DNA of 64,000 bases, taken from Candidatus Eiseniibacteriota bacterium (GTDB taxonomy: Bacteria > Eisenbacteria > RBG-16-71-46 > CAVPCR01). A model generated the notes under the pieces. It saw only the letters and a list, made by a program, of their open reading frames with translations. It had not been told where the DNA came from and did no database searches. The position numbers were made by a program, and so were the translations under genes. Below, piece by piece: positions 20,325 through 31,862 of the stretch. The stretch's first letter is position 1. Every line of letters begins with the position of its first letter. The stretch covers positions 1,888,001 through 1,952,000 of the forward strand of contig CAWGMA010000001.1 in NCBI GenBank assembly GCA_963823555.1. The letters run 5' to 3'.

Positions 20325-21470
20325 CTATTCCATTGTAATGGAGGAAATTGCGCGTTTGAGGCAAGCGTCCATCGGCTGCTCGTGCACGCTAGCAGAGCCC
20401 ACTTGGGGAGTCAACACGACGCGGAGCCTCCCTGCCCGCACCTTCTTGTCGTACCGCAACTTATCGAGGAGCTCGGACACCTGGAGCCCGGATGCCCTGA
20501 GCGGCAGGCCTGCACCCTCGAGAAGTCGGTTCTGGCGGTGGATCGCATGCGGTTCGGCGAGTCCACGCTCGACGGCAAGGCGTCCCGCCGCCACCATGCC
20601 GAGGGCAACCGCCTCGCCGTGGCGGAAGCGCCGGAATTCCGTCGCGGCCTCGATGGCATGTCCCACGGTGTGTCCGTAGTTGAGGAGCGCCCTCAAGCCG
20701 GACTCGCGCTCGTCGGCGGCCACGATGCGCGCCTTCAATCGCACCGCCCCGCCGATCGCTCGCTTGAGGGCGGGGAGCGAAAGCTCACGGATCTCCGGCA
20801 TGCGTTGCTCCAGGAAGGCGAACAGACGGGCATCCCCGATCATCCCGGCCTTGATGACCTCGGCCAGTCCGCTCTGGAACTCGCGTCGCGGAAGCGTGGC
20901 CACACATTCAAGCGGGGTGAACACGAGTCGCGGCTGATGAAACGCGCCGACCAGGTTCTTGCCGCCGGGGAGGTTGACTCCGACCTTGCCTCCGATCGCG
21001 GCATCCACCATGGCGAGCAAGCTCGTCGGGATCTGGATCAGGGCGATTCCACGGAGGTAGGTCGCTGCCGCAAACCCTCCGAGGTCCCCGATCACCCCGC
21101 CGCCCAAGGCGACCAGGGTGTCGGCGCGGTCGAGGCCGCTCGCCAGCAAGCGATCGAGAACCCAGCCCAGGCGGCGAAGCGACTTCTGGCGCTCACCTGC
21201 CGGAATCACGGCTCCCGCGACCTCGATCCCGACCCGGCGCAGCGCGGCGGTGACACCGCCAGCGTAGATGGGAGCCACATGGTGATCGCTGAGCACGAAG
21301 GCTCGGGGACCGAGTTCCAGGCGATCGAGCTCGGCCGGCATGGCATCGAGCGAATCGGCAACGACGACATCGTAGGAACGGCCAGCCAGCGGTACACGGA
21401 TGCGGAGCGGCCGCTCCGCCGCCCCCCTGCCCCGCCGCCTGGGATCGACCTGGGATCGAATTCGTGGCAT
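20325..21470 (-). CDS. aroB: 3-dehydroquinate synthase
   Basis: GGGVIGDLGGF, PTSLLAMVDAAIGGK, GKNLVGAFHQP, LNYGHTVGHAIE, HGEAV. Confidence 0.96.
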   Translation of the reverse strand: MPRIRSQVDPRRRGRGAAERPLRIRVPLAGRSYDVVVADSLDAMPAELDRLELGPRAFVLSDHHVAPIYAGGVTAALRRVGIEVAGAVIPAGERQKSLRRLGWVLDRLLASGLDRADTLVALGGGVIGDLGGFAAATYLRGIALIQIPTSLLAMVDAAIGGKVGVNLPGGKNLVGAFHQPRLVFTPLECVATLPRREFQSGLAEVIKAGMIGDARLFAFLEQRMPEIRELSLPALKRAIGGAVRLKARIVAADERESGLRALLNYGHTVGHAIEAATEFRRFRHGEAVALGMVAAGRLAVERGLAEPHAIHRQNRLLEGAGLPLRASGLQVSELLDKLRYDKKVRAGRLRVVLTPQVGSASVHEQPMDACLKRAISSITME

Positions 21471-21497
21471 GGCCCCCTCACCACCGGAAGAATGCCA

Positions 21498-22535
21498 TCA
21501 GCGGCGTGTCCGGTGGTCCTCGAACGTGAGCGCGATCGCCTCGAGCTGCCGCAGGAGCTCGACCTTCGACTTGATGGGCTCGAACACGGCAAGATCGATC
21601 ATGATGAAACGGCCCGCGTCGACGAAGCAATAGGTGCGGAACGGTCCTCCGATCGTGTAGCGGTCGTTTTGCCAGACTCCGACCAGATGATGAGCCGGAT
21701 GACCGAGAAACGTCGTCGCCTCGACCCGGGTTCGCGCCGAGTCAACGAAATCTCCCTGATAGTAGCTGGCAGCCAGCCGGGCCCGGATCGCCACGCAGCT
21801 GTCCGCGGCCGGCAGCGCCACCACCCCATCCTGCCAGTGCACGAAGATCAGCCGCGCGCCGCCCTCGCGCATGAAGAAGCGCACGAACCCGGAATCGGCG
21901 CCGATCCCGCTGCGATAGCCGGCGGGAATCCTGAGCGACCAGCCGTAGCGATCCGCGAGCTCGCGGCGGAGCGACTCCTGTTCACCGGCCAGGTAGAGGA
22001 GGTCGGGAATCTGTCGGATCACCTGCGCTTCGAAGGCGGCATAGATGGAATCGCTCGCGACGCGGACCGCCGCCGCCAGGGTCTCCGCGCCCGGCGCCGC
22101 CACCACGAGGACCGTTTGCCCCTCGGCCCAGACATCGCCATAGACTGCGAATAATTGCTCGCCTGATCGGAAATCGGCGAGGCCCTCGCGGCCCAGCGTG
22201 CGGGACACGAGTTCCGTGGTCGGCCCCTCCTGGTCGAGATCCGCAACGAGGATCAGATTCCGCCAGGAGCGGACGGTGGAGAATCGATGTCCAGGCTCGA
22301 CATCGATCACGAACGCGGGCTCAGGCCGCGTGGTGAGAACGGACCGTCCGATGGCCGCCTCGACCGCGGCGACGGCCGGGGAATCCGCTCGGAGGTCCGT
22401 GACGATCGTGGCCTCGACATTGGGGCCCACGGCGCGCCGCGGCAGCTGCCCGCAGGCTTCGATCAGCAGCAAGCCGGTGCTCAGAACAATGGAGATGATG
22501 CATGCGGGGAGGAGCGTGCGGCGGCGCTCGGACAC
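21498..22535 (-). CDS. DUF4837-like lipoprotein
   Basis: Lipobox-like LIEAC; DVWAEGQ, GVWQND..IGGPF, KVELLRQLEAI resemble the FCB DUF4837 family. Confidence 0.6.
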   Translation of the reverse strand: MSERRRTLLPACIISIVLSTGLLLIEACGQLPRRAVGPNVEATIVTDLRADSPAVAAVEAAIGRSVLTTRPEPAFVIDVEPGHRFSTVRSWRNLILVADLDQEGPTTELVSRTLGREGLADFRSGEQLFAVYGDVWAEGQTVLVVAAPGAETLAAAVRVASDSIYAAFEAQVIRQIPDLLYLAGEQESLRRELADRYGWSLRIPAGYRSGIGADSGFVRFFMREGGARLIFVHWQDGVVALPAADSCVAIRARLAASYYQGDFVDSARTRVEATTFLGHPAHHLVGVWQNDRYTIGGPFRTYCFVDAGRFIMIDLAVFEPIKSKVELLRQLEAIALTFEDHRTRR

Positions 22536-22593
22536 GTGATACCAGCCCCCCTGGTGACGGGAGCGCTTGGCGCCCGCCCTGGGTCCCAGATCG

Positions 22594-23820
22594 TCAGGAC
22601 CCGGATCCGGCGCGCAGCTGCTCCTCGAGCCCATCGATCTCGCGTTGCAGCTCATCGATTCGCCGGTGGATCGCTTCGCGTTCCGCATCCGCTTCTTCGT
22701 CTGCGGAGCCCGGTCCGGGTGGAGTCGCGCCCACGGTCACCTCGCGCGTCAGGCGGAGATCGCCACGCAGCAGCTCCACCGTGCAGCGTGTTCCCGGTCG
22801 GGTCTGAGCCACCAGTCGTACCAGCTCTGCCTGGGCACGCACGGTAGCACCGCAGAAGGAGAGAATGACATCTCCGGCCTCGATGCCAGCAGCGGCCGCA
22901 GGGCTCCCGGGCAGGGTCGCGAGGATGAGAACGCCGCTCTCGAAGTTGAGCAAATCCTTGAGTCCGGGGGCCGGCGTGCGCACGCGCACACCGAGATACC
23001 CGGCCGCCGCGGTGCCATGCTGAGCGAGATCGAGCGCCACCTGCTGGGCTCGGTCGATCGGAATGGCCACGCTCATGGTGGCCGGGAGGGGACGCGGCGG
23101 GCTGGCGGCGGGATCGGCGGCACCGGCGGCGGCACCTGATCCAGAGGAACCGCCCGCGCTCTCGGCGGACCAGGTGGAGATGGCTCCCAGGACCACACCG
23201 ACCACCTCCCCGTCGGCATTGGCGACGGCTCCACCCGTGTTCCCCGGGTAGAGCTGCGTGCTCATCTCGAGCAGGCAGGGCTCCGCAGCCGCACTGGCTA
23301 CGGCGGTGAAGGCTCCGAAGGCGAAATTCGGAAAATCGCCGGAGCTCTCGCCGACCACGATGGCCCATCCCCCACGCTCGAGCCGGGATGGCTGGCCGAA
23401 CGGAGCCGGAGACAGACCCTCGGGATTCACCTTGAGCAAGACGAGATCGTGAATGCGATCGGCACCCAGGAAGACAGCTGGACGTTCCGTACCATCATGA
23501 GCGCGCACGAAGAGGTTACGGCTCGAGCCGATCACGCTCGTCGTCGTCAGGATGTGCCCCTCGCCATCGATCACCACACCCGAGCCGACATTCTTCTGGA
23601 GCTTGCTCCCGGCGTTCGTGCTCGAATCCGCGCCGCGCCGGCCCAGGCTCGTGTAGGCAATGACCGTCACCACGGAGGGCCGTACGTCCTCGACGACGCG
23701 CCTGAACTCCTGCTCGCAGCTGCGCAGATCGCCGGCGACGGCGGGGGTGGACACCACCAGAGCCAGGAACAGGGCCGCCGGGCATCTTGTCAAGAGGGAG
23801 CGGAGAAATGTCTCCCGCAC
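22594..23820 (-). CDS. HtrA/DegS-like trypsin-PDZ protein with degenerate catalytic triad (alternative start 23910)
   Basis: Signal peptide, PSVVTV, GSGVVID, DLVLLKV, PGNTGG, PDZ (GYLGV...GSPAAAAGIEAGDVI), C-terminal coiled coil. Confidence 0.8.
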   Translation of the reverse strand: MRETFLRSLLTRCPAALFLALVVSTPAVAGDLRSCEQEFRRVVEDVRPSVVTVIAYTSLGRRGADSSTNAGSKLQKNVGSGVVIDGEGHILTTTSVIGSSRNLFVRAHDGTERPAVFLGADRIHDLVLLKVNPEGLSPAPFGQPSRLERGGWAIVVGESSGDFPNFAFGAFTAVASAAAEPCLLEMSTQLYPGNTGGAVANADGEVVGVVLGAISTWSAESAGGSSGSGAAAGAADPAASPPRPLPATMSVAIPIDRAQQVALDLAQHGTAAAGYLGVRVRTPAPGLKDLLNFESGVLILATLPGSPAAAAGIEAGDVILSFCGATVRAQAELVRLVAQTRPGTRCTVELLRGDLRLTREVTVGATPPGPGSADEEADAEREAIHRRIDELQREIDGLEEQLRAGSGS

Positions 23821-23927
23821 CGCACCGACACCTAGGGTCGACGTGTCCCGGTTGCCCAGCGTTGGGCGCCGGGCAACCCGAGCCCCCCTGACGACATAGC
23901 GGTTCATCATCAATGCCAGATCGATAG

Positions 23928-24800
23928 CTAGAAGGTCATCGTCTCCCCGGAGACAACGGCACTCGCCGGCAATTGCTCCACCGGTCGTCCGTTGATGAGA
24001 TGCAGGATGTACTCCTCGCGAACAACGGCAGGCGGCCCTTCTGGAGCAGCCTCGATCGGCTGTCCGTTGACGTACCAAGGAGCCACATCACGGCCCACCG
24101 GCGTCGCATCGACCGCTGCAGTCCGGTTACGATCCGTTCGACCCGGCTCCGCATCGCCGCTGGCGGGCGAGGCGGGAGAATTCGGCACATCCGCGCTCAC
24201 GACCTGGATATCCCCCTCGGCCCTGGCTGCGGTCGCCCTGGGCGAACGCTTCGTTTCGGACGGAGGGGCGGACGGCGGTGTCGCCGCCTCCGCGGTCTGG
24301 GCGAGCTGGGCGGGCTCTTCTTCGATCGGGATGACGACCGGGGCCGTCGGCGTCAGCTCGGGCCCGGCCTCCGGCATCTGGGCGATCGTCGGCCCTCCCG
24401 CCGGCTGGTTCTGGTCTGCCGACCTCATGAGCAGCACACCGCCGCCACCGCCGACCAGGAGCGCTACGACGAGAGCTCCGGCGGGTGCCGGCATCATGAC
24501 CGCGGCGGCCAGCTCGTCCCACCACTCCGCGAACGATGCGATCACATCGCGCCAGCGTCCGCGGGGATGGTCTTGCTTCGCCTCGGCCGCGATCCGCTGC
24601 ATGAGGCGTTCCTCGAACTCCGGGCTGCCTTCGACTCGCGGCACCCAGCGCACGAGATTCATGGCCTTCTGCATGGCGAACATGGCGGTCGAGCAGCGGG
24701 GACAGCGAGCCAGGTGGGCGGCAACTCGCCGCCGCTCTTCCTCGCTGAGCTCCTGCTCGAGATAACCGGAGAAGTTCGCCTGCGCATGGCGACAATTCAT
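23928..24800 (-). CDS. Zinc-finger (ZAS/zf-HC2) transmembrane anti-sigma factor
   Basis: N-terminal MNC...HLARCPRC (HxxxCxxC), one TM, low-complexity periplasmic tail; overlaps the sigma gene stop. Confidence 0.85.
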   Translation of the reverse strand: MNCRHAQANFSGYLEQELSEEERRRVAAHLARCPRCSTAMFAMQKAMNLVRWVPRVEGSPEFEERLMQRIAAEAKQDHPRGRWRDVIASFAEWWDELAAAVMMPAPAGALVVALLVGGGGGVLLMRSADQNQPAGGPTIAQMPEAGPELTPTAPVVIPIEEEPAQLAQTAEAATPPSAPPSETKRSPRATAARAEGDIQVVSADVPNSPASPASGDAEPGRTDRNRTAAVDATPVGRDVAPWYVNGQPIEAAPEGPPAVVREEYILHLINGRPVEQLPASAVVSGETMTF

Positions 24801-25435
24801 AGGTAGTCAACCCTCACTAGGGATTCAAGCTTGTCTTTCACCATGAGCCTAGCCCGGTTGATTCTCGAGCGGACCGTACCCCCCGGAATCCCGAGCACGC
24901 GACTCACCTCCTCGTAGGCCAGGCCCTCGAGATCGCGGAGGATGAGGGCCAGCCGGTAACGCTCGGGCAAGGACTCGATCGCATCGAGAATGAGCACCTC
25001 GAGCTCCTTCCGCTCGAGGGCATGCCCGGGTCCGGGGTCGCGGTCGGCAAGCGTGTGCGCGATGCTCGTCCCCGGTTCCCTTTCTTCATCCATCGACACG
25101 ACGCGGCGGTGACGAACCTTGCGACGGATCTCGTTCTTCGCCAGGTTGGCTGCGATCGTGAAGATCCACGTTGAGAACTTGCCGCTCTTCCGGTATCGCT
25201 CGCGGTTGCGATAGACGCGGATGAAGACCTCTTGCGAGATGTCCTCGGCGCGATCGGCGTCGCCCACGAACCGCGTGATCAGGTTGATGATCCGGGGCCG
25301 GTAGCGGGACACCAGGATGCGGAAAGCGTCCTCGGAACCCTGGGCGCAGCGAACCATGATCTCCTCATCAGAGAGATCCTTGAGGCCTTCGATCTCGGGG
25401 TCGCGCCCGCCCACTTTCAAAGCAAGGTTCCTCAC
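24797..25435 (-). CDS. ECF sigma-70 factor (RpoE/SigW-like; start uncertain)
   Basis: AEDISQEVFIRVY, FSTWIFTIAAN, region 4 LAYEEVSRVLGIPGGTVRSRINRAR. Confidence 0.92.
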   Translation of the reverse strand: MRNLALKVGGRDPEIEGLKDLSDEEIMVRCAQGSEDAFRILVSRYRPRIINLITRFVGDADRAEDISQEVFIRVYRNRERYRKSGKFSTWIFTIAANLAKNEIRRKVRHRRVVSMDEEREPGTSIAHTLADRDPGPGHALERKELEVLILDAIESLPERYRLALILRDLEGLAYEEVSRVLGIPGGTVRSRINRARLMVKDKLESLVRVDYL

Positions 25436-25442
25436 GTCGCCA

Positions 25443-25470
25443 AGTACAGTCCGGAGCGGCAGTTGGTTCC
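25443..25470 (-). promoter_or_regulatory. Candidate autoregulatory ECF promoter
   Basis: GGAAC-N18-GTACT immediately upstream of the ECF sigma gene. Confidence 0.45.
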
Positions 25471-25597
25471 GGCTCCCGGACTCGTTCGCTCCGGGTCGGG
25501 GCCGCCGGCCGGCCACGCCTCCCCACGTTACCACCCCTTTTGGGGCTCGGCTGGCCGGGAGCGGCGCGGCGCGAGCCCGTCCAGCCGGGAGGGCTCC

Positions 25598-26404
25598 CTA
25601 GATATCGGACGGCCAAGACGGGTTGGCCTCGAGGACTTCCCACTCGATTCGAAGCCAGTTGCCAGCCACTGGAGCCTTCAGATCCAGTCGAGAGGCAATC
25701 GGTAAGCCATTGACATTCTTGATGCTATCAAATCTGACCAGGAGCTGGGTGCGCCCCCTGGGATCCTGGCGCTCGAGGCGGCGAAGGGATGGAGGATCGC
25801 CCGCCACCTTGGCGGTCTCGCTGGAGCCATCGGGGAATAGGGCTCTCAACTCCACATCGCCCGCCGAGCCCCGGGCTTCCACGATCGTCCCCTCCGGCCA
25901 GCGGGCCCGAATCCGGGGCAGGCCGTAGAGGAGCATCTCGAGGTCGGCAACACCGGCCCCCACCCCTAGAACGGGGGCAAAGACCTCGTCCTCCTCGACG
26001 GCCACTGGAGAATCGCTGCCTTCCTGCCAGGTGAGGCCCGAGGGGTCCGCCCGGAGGATGGCGCGCGCTCCCAGGAGCCCGAAGGCCCCCGAGAACTCGA
26101 TGTCGGCCCGGACCTGGTGGGGGATGCGATGGATAACGCGCAGCCTCCCCAGACCATGGCGGCCATCGATACGAGCTTCGAGGCGACCGCTGGCAAGCCA
26201 GCCCTGGATCGAGTCGATCCCGCTCTCAGCCGGCGCCACCGAGGTCAAGACAAAGCGATCCGGATCGATGGGTGGAGGCGGGGCACAGGCGACGTGGAAA
26301 CCGAGCGCGAGAACCACGAGAACGTGCCCACTACTCAGACCAGCCCCGCTGCCCCGGACGGGCGAGCTGTCCGCTCTCAGACCGACCACTGCTCGCACCG
26401 CCAC
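25598..26404 (-). CDS. Hypothetical lipoprotein, LolA/LolB-fold-like (true start probably a little downstream)
   Basis: Hydrophobic stretch then HVAC lipobox-like site and a Pro linker; beta-rich body. Confidence 0.5.
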   Translation of the reverse strand: MAVRAVVGLRADSSPVRGSGAGLSSGHVLVVLALGFHVACAPPPPIDPDRFVLTSVAPAESGIDSIQGWLASGRLEARIDGRHGLGRLRVIHRIPHQVRADIEFSGAFGLLGARAILRADPSGLTWQEGSDSPVAVEEDEVFAPVLGVGAGVADLEMLLYGLPRIRARWPEGTIVEARGSAGDVELRALFPDGSSETAKVAGDPPSLRRLERQDPRGRTQLLVRFDSIKNVNGLPIASRLDLKAPVAGNWLRIEWEVLEANPSWPSDI

Positions 26405-27048
26405 CCCATTTCCCAGAAAGCGAGCTCATAGCGACTGGAGGTCAGGAATGCCGCGGCCGCCCGCGACCTGCCCTCGGGTCCCAGATCCGCGGCCACACGA
26501 TCCATCACCTCGCGACACCAGGCCGCGAGCCGCGTGAATTCGGCGCTCGAGTACATGTCGATCCAGCGGCCATAGCGCGGGTCCGCCGGCCGCCGGCCGC
26601 GCGCCAGGCGCTCTCCGATCTCGGCGAAGCCCCACATGCACGGCAGGAGCGCGGCGATGAGCTCGGCGTAGTCGCCAAGTTCCGCCATCCGGAGCAAGAA
26701 ATCAGTGTAGCCCTGAGTGACCGGTGCCATGGGTACGGCCTCGAGCTCATCCGCCGTAATCCCGAACTCGGCGACGTAGCACCGATGCAATTCCATCTCG
26801 GTGACCAGGGTCTCGTGGAGAAGACCGGAGAACCGGGTCATGGTCTCGAGGTCAGGACTCCGGGCCGCCGCGATCGCCAGCAATCGCGAGTACTCGATCA
26901 GATACAAGTAGTCCTGCATGATCCAGAACTTGAACTGATCGAGGGATAGCGTGCCGTCACCGATGCCGCGCACGAAGGGGTGATGGTGCTGCGCCTCCCA
27001 GACAGGAGCGGCTTGCTCTCGAAGATCATCGCTGAATCGGCGGACCAT
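26377..27048 (-). CDS. tenA: Thiaminase II / TenA
   Basis: HPFVRGIGDGTL, QDYLYL, LLPCMWGF, WIDMYSS, YELAFWEM; RBS GGAGGAG. Confidence 0.93.
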   Translation of the reverse strand: MVRRFSDDLREQAAPVWEAQHHHPFVRGIGDGTLSLDQFKFWIMQDYLYLIEYSRLLAIAAARSPDLETMTRFSGLLHETLVTEMELHRCYVAEFGITADELEAVPMAPVTQGYTDFLLRMAELGDYAELIAALLPCMWGFAEIGERLARGRRPADPRYGRWIDMYSSAEFTRLAAWCREVMDRVAADLGPEGRSRAAAAFLTSSRYELAFWEMGWRCEQWSV

Positions 27049-27293
27049 CGCTTTCTCCTCCGAGGCCGGCCCCGCGGCCGCGTCAGACCGGCGGGTGCCG
27101 GAGACGCATTATCGCAAACCGCACCGCGGATGGCGATAACCGCTCAATGTGCATTCGGGGGCGCCTGGTACGAATCTCGCTCCATATACCTCCCCGGCCG
27201 TTTCCCGTGCGCTCGGCGTTTCGAAGCGCACGGTATGCGCTCGCTATTGCAATGGTGGTTCGCGCCGGGACAAGGCGCCAAAGGAGTGGATCT

Positions 27294-27842
27294 TTGCAGT
27301 CTCGCCACCACGCTCGGGCCATCGCCGGGTCCGATGCTTCCTACAACCGGGCGATGGAGCACATTCACCGCAATCAGTTCCGTCAGGCGACCAAGGCCCT
27401 CGCCGAGGCCCTGCGCGGGGCGCCCGACAACCCCTACTACCTGTCGGCGTACGGCCTCTGCCTCGCCCGCGAGGGTCGTGATTTCGAGACCGCCGTCCGC
27501 CTCTGCCGGCTGGCCGTCAGCATCGTCCCTTACGACACCCAGCTCCGCGTCAGCCTGGGTCGCGTCTACCGGTTGAAGGGTGACAATGCTGCCGCCTATT
27601 CGATGATCTACAACGCATGGGACCATGATCAGCGGCATGCCGGCGCCGCGATGGAGCTCAGACGCATGGGGATTCGCCGTCCCCCGGTGATTCCATTCCT
27701 GCACCGCTCTTGCTTCCCCAATCCGATGCTCGGCAAGCTCCGAGCACGGATCGAACGCGGCCTCGCGCAGTCTCTGGTGCGCCGAGCGAAGCGCAGCCAG
27801 GCGCTCGACGAGATCACGGAGCCGTCACCGGCTCAAAGATGA
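27294..27842 (+). CDS. Small TPR protein
   Basis: TTG start after AAGGAG; PDNPYYLSAYGLCLA, SLGRVY, RRPPVIPFLHRS..PNPMLG. Confidence 0.7.
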   Translation: MQSRHHARAIAGSDASYNRAMEHIHRNQFRQATKALAEALRGAPDNPYYLSAYGLCLAREGRDFETAVRLCRLAVSIVPYDTQLRVSLGRVYRLKGDNAAAYSMIYNAWDHDQRHAGAAMELRRMGIRRPPVIPFLHRSCFPNPMLGKLRARIERGLAQSLVRRAKRSQALDEITEPSPAQR

Positions 27843-28518
27843 GGAAGTACTGATACGGCAGGAAGTCGAGCGACTCGACCAGAACGTACCCCGCGGCAGT
27901 CAGCTCCTCGGTCACCCCTTCCGGGGAGATCTTGTGCCCGACAGGCGGCCCCACCGGCAAGTCACCGGCCTTGTAGTCCACGATGGCGAGGCGGCCACCG
28001 GGCGCCAGCCGATCACTCAGGCGACGGAAGTAGTCCCGCCTGCCGTCGATGTGGTGGTACGTGTTGCAGAGAAAGACGAGATCGAGCCCCGAGGGCAGGT
28101 TGGGATCGTCGGGCTCACCGAGAATGGCCTCGACCTGCGGGGTGTGTTCATCGCGCGCCCGCTCATTCATGTACGCGACCATGCCGGGCTCGATATCCAC
28201 GGCCTTGACGGCCCCTGAATCCCCGACCGCCGCCGCGAAGAAGCGGTTGAAATAGCCGGTTCCCGCTCCGATGTCCGCAACCGTGGCCCCGGGACGAAGG
28301 GCGAGCGCCTCGACCACGGCCTCCGGCTGCTGCCACTCGGCGCGCGCCGAGTCATCGAAGACCCGGGACCACTCCTCGGCTCCATCGAAGCCATGGCGCA
28401 CCGTGGCGCTGTCGCTCGATACCCGGTGCTCCGCGGCCAGGACGCCACCCACCAGGAGCGGAACCAGGATCGTCCCGGACCATCTCCACAGCGTTCGCTC
28501 CCGTCGCCTCATGTTCAA
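27814..28518 (-). CDS. Exported class I SAM-dependent methyltransferase
   Basis: Signal-like N-terminus; VADIGAGTGYF, AVDIEP, NTYHHI, LAPGGRLAIVD. Confidence 0.88.
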   Translation of the reverse strand: MNMRRRERTLWRWSGTILVPLLVGGVLAAEHRVSSDSATVRHGFDGAEEWSRVFDDSARAEWQQPEAVVEALALRPGATVADIGAGTGYFNRFFAAAVGDSGAVKAVDIEPGMVAYMNERARDEHTPQVEAILGEPDDPNLPSGLDLVFLCNTYHHIDGRRDYFRRLSDRLAPGGRLAIVDYKAGDLPVGPPVGHKISPEGVTEELTAAGYVLVESLDFLPYQYFLIFEPVTAP

Positions 28519-29027
28519 CGCCTCCTCCTATCCTTGGCCTGCGGGCCTGCCGGCCCCCGGCTCCGGACCTCGGCGCGCTCCCCACCGCATCCACCGGGCC
28601 AGTGCCGTTAAGTGGACCAGGCGGCCGCTCACCCCCTCATTCCGGCGATTCGGCCACAACTCCTTGCCAGCCCGAAGGCTACAGCTTTAGATGCCCCAGT
28701 CTGCGGTCCGGATCGCGAATTCGGGCCCGACCGAGGACCGGGGTGTTCCCCCCCGATGGCCCCGCGTCCTCCAGATCTTGCTAGGGAGCTATCGAAACTC
28801 AACTTGATTCCCACAGGTCCCGGAATCTTCCACTTTGCCGTCCCGGCCCCCGCGCCCGGCTTCATGTGTCCCAACGTCGGCGCGACCTGGGTTCCCGAGC
28901 CTCCGGCACCACCGGCCAGGCGGGATGCGGCTTGCTCGAGTCACTTACTGGCTTGGTCGAGAACCGGTGCTTTGCCCGAACCGGAGGCCCCGCCGCCTGG
29001 CGGTGCTTCTGCTGATGTAAGGAGGAC

Positions 29028-31322
<2,295 letters not shown>

Positions 31323-31347
31323 GGCCTGCCCACGCATGGAACGGTCT

Positions 31348-31379
31348 TGACGAGAGCGGCCATCGGGCCGCTCTCGTCA
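31348..31379 (+). terminator. Perfect 14-bp hairpin downstream of tes (terminator or stabilising stem)
   Basis: TGACGAGAGCGGCC-ATCG-GGCCGCTCTCGTCA; U-tract is weak. Confidence 0.6.
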
Positions 31380-31424
31380 TTGGGCCGTCGCCCCTGATTT
31401 CGCGTCACCCCGAGGAGCGGAGTC

Positions 31425-31760
31425 GTGAGCCTGGCCGATCGTGAATGCCCCCCATGCCACAGCGGGACCCCACCTCTCCGGGGACACGCGCTGACCACGC
31501 TCAAGGTGGAACTCGACCCGGAGTGGGTCGTCGTGGATGAGCATCACCTTGCCCGGGAGATTCGCTTCCCCGACTTCCGTACCGCGTTCGAGTTCGTCCG
31601 TCAGGTGGCTGAACTGGCCGACGCCGCGAACCATCACCCGGACATCCATCTGGCCTGGGGTCGGGTCCAGATCACGATCTGGACTCACTCGATCGGCGGG
31701 CTCTCCGAGAGCGATTTCGTCCTCGCCGCCAGGGTCGACCGCCTGCCCGCCACCGCCTGA
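31425..31760 (+). CDS. Pterin-4-alpha-carbinolamine dehydratase
   Basis: CPPC N-terminus, HHPDI, WTHSIGGLSESDFVLAAR. Confidence 0.92.
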   Translation: MSLADRECPPCHSGTPPLRGHALTTLKVELDPEWVVVDEHHLAREIRFPDFRTAFEFVRQVAELADAANHHPDIHLAWGRVQITIWTHSIGGLSESDFVLAARVDRLPATA

Positions 31761-31862
31761 ATCGCTGCCCGGTTCTTCTTCCCCGGCCTTCCGGATCGCG
31801 TTAGACTGCCCTGCCCCGTTCCGCGCGGCAGTCGTTCCCGCTGCCGCAGGGAGAAGCGGATC

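Noticed and set aside
27049..27290. TPP riboswitch upstream of tenA
   Set aside because: No TPP consensus; only an imperfect TTATCGC/GCGATAA inverted repeat
27814..28518. Methyltransferase as a brGDGT methylase partner of Tes
   Set aside because: Generic exported class I methyltransferase; C-methylation of unactivated lipid carbons is expected to need radical SAM chemistry
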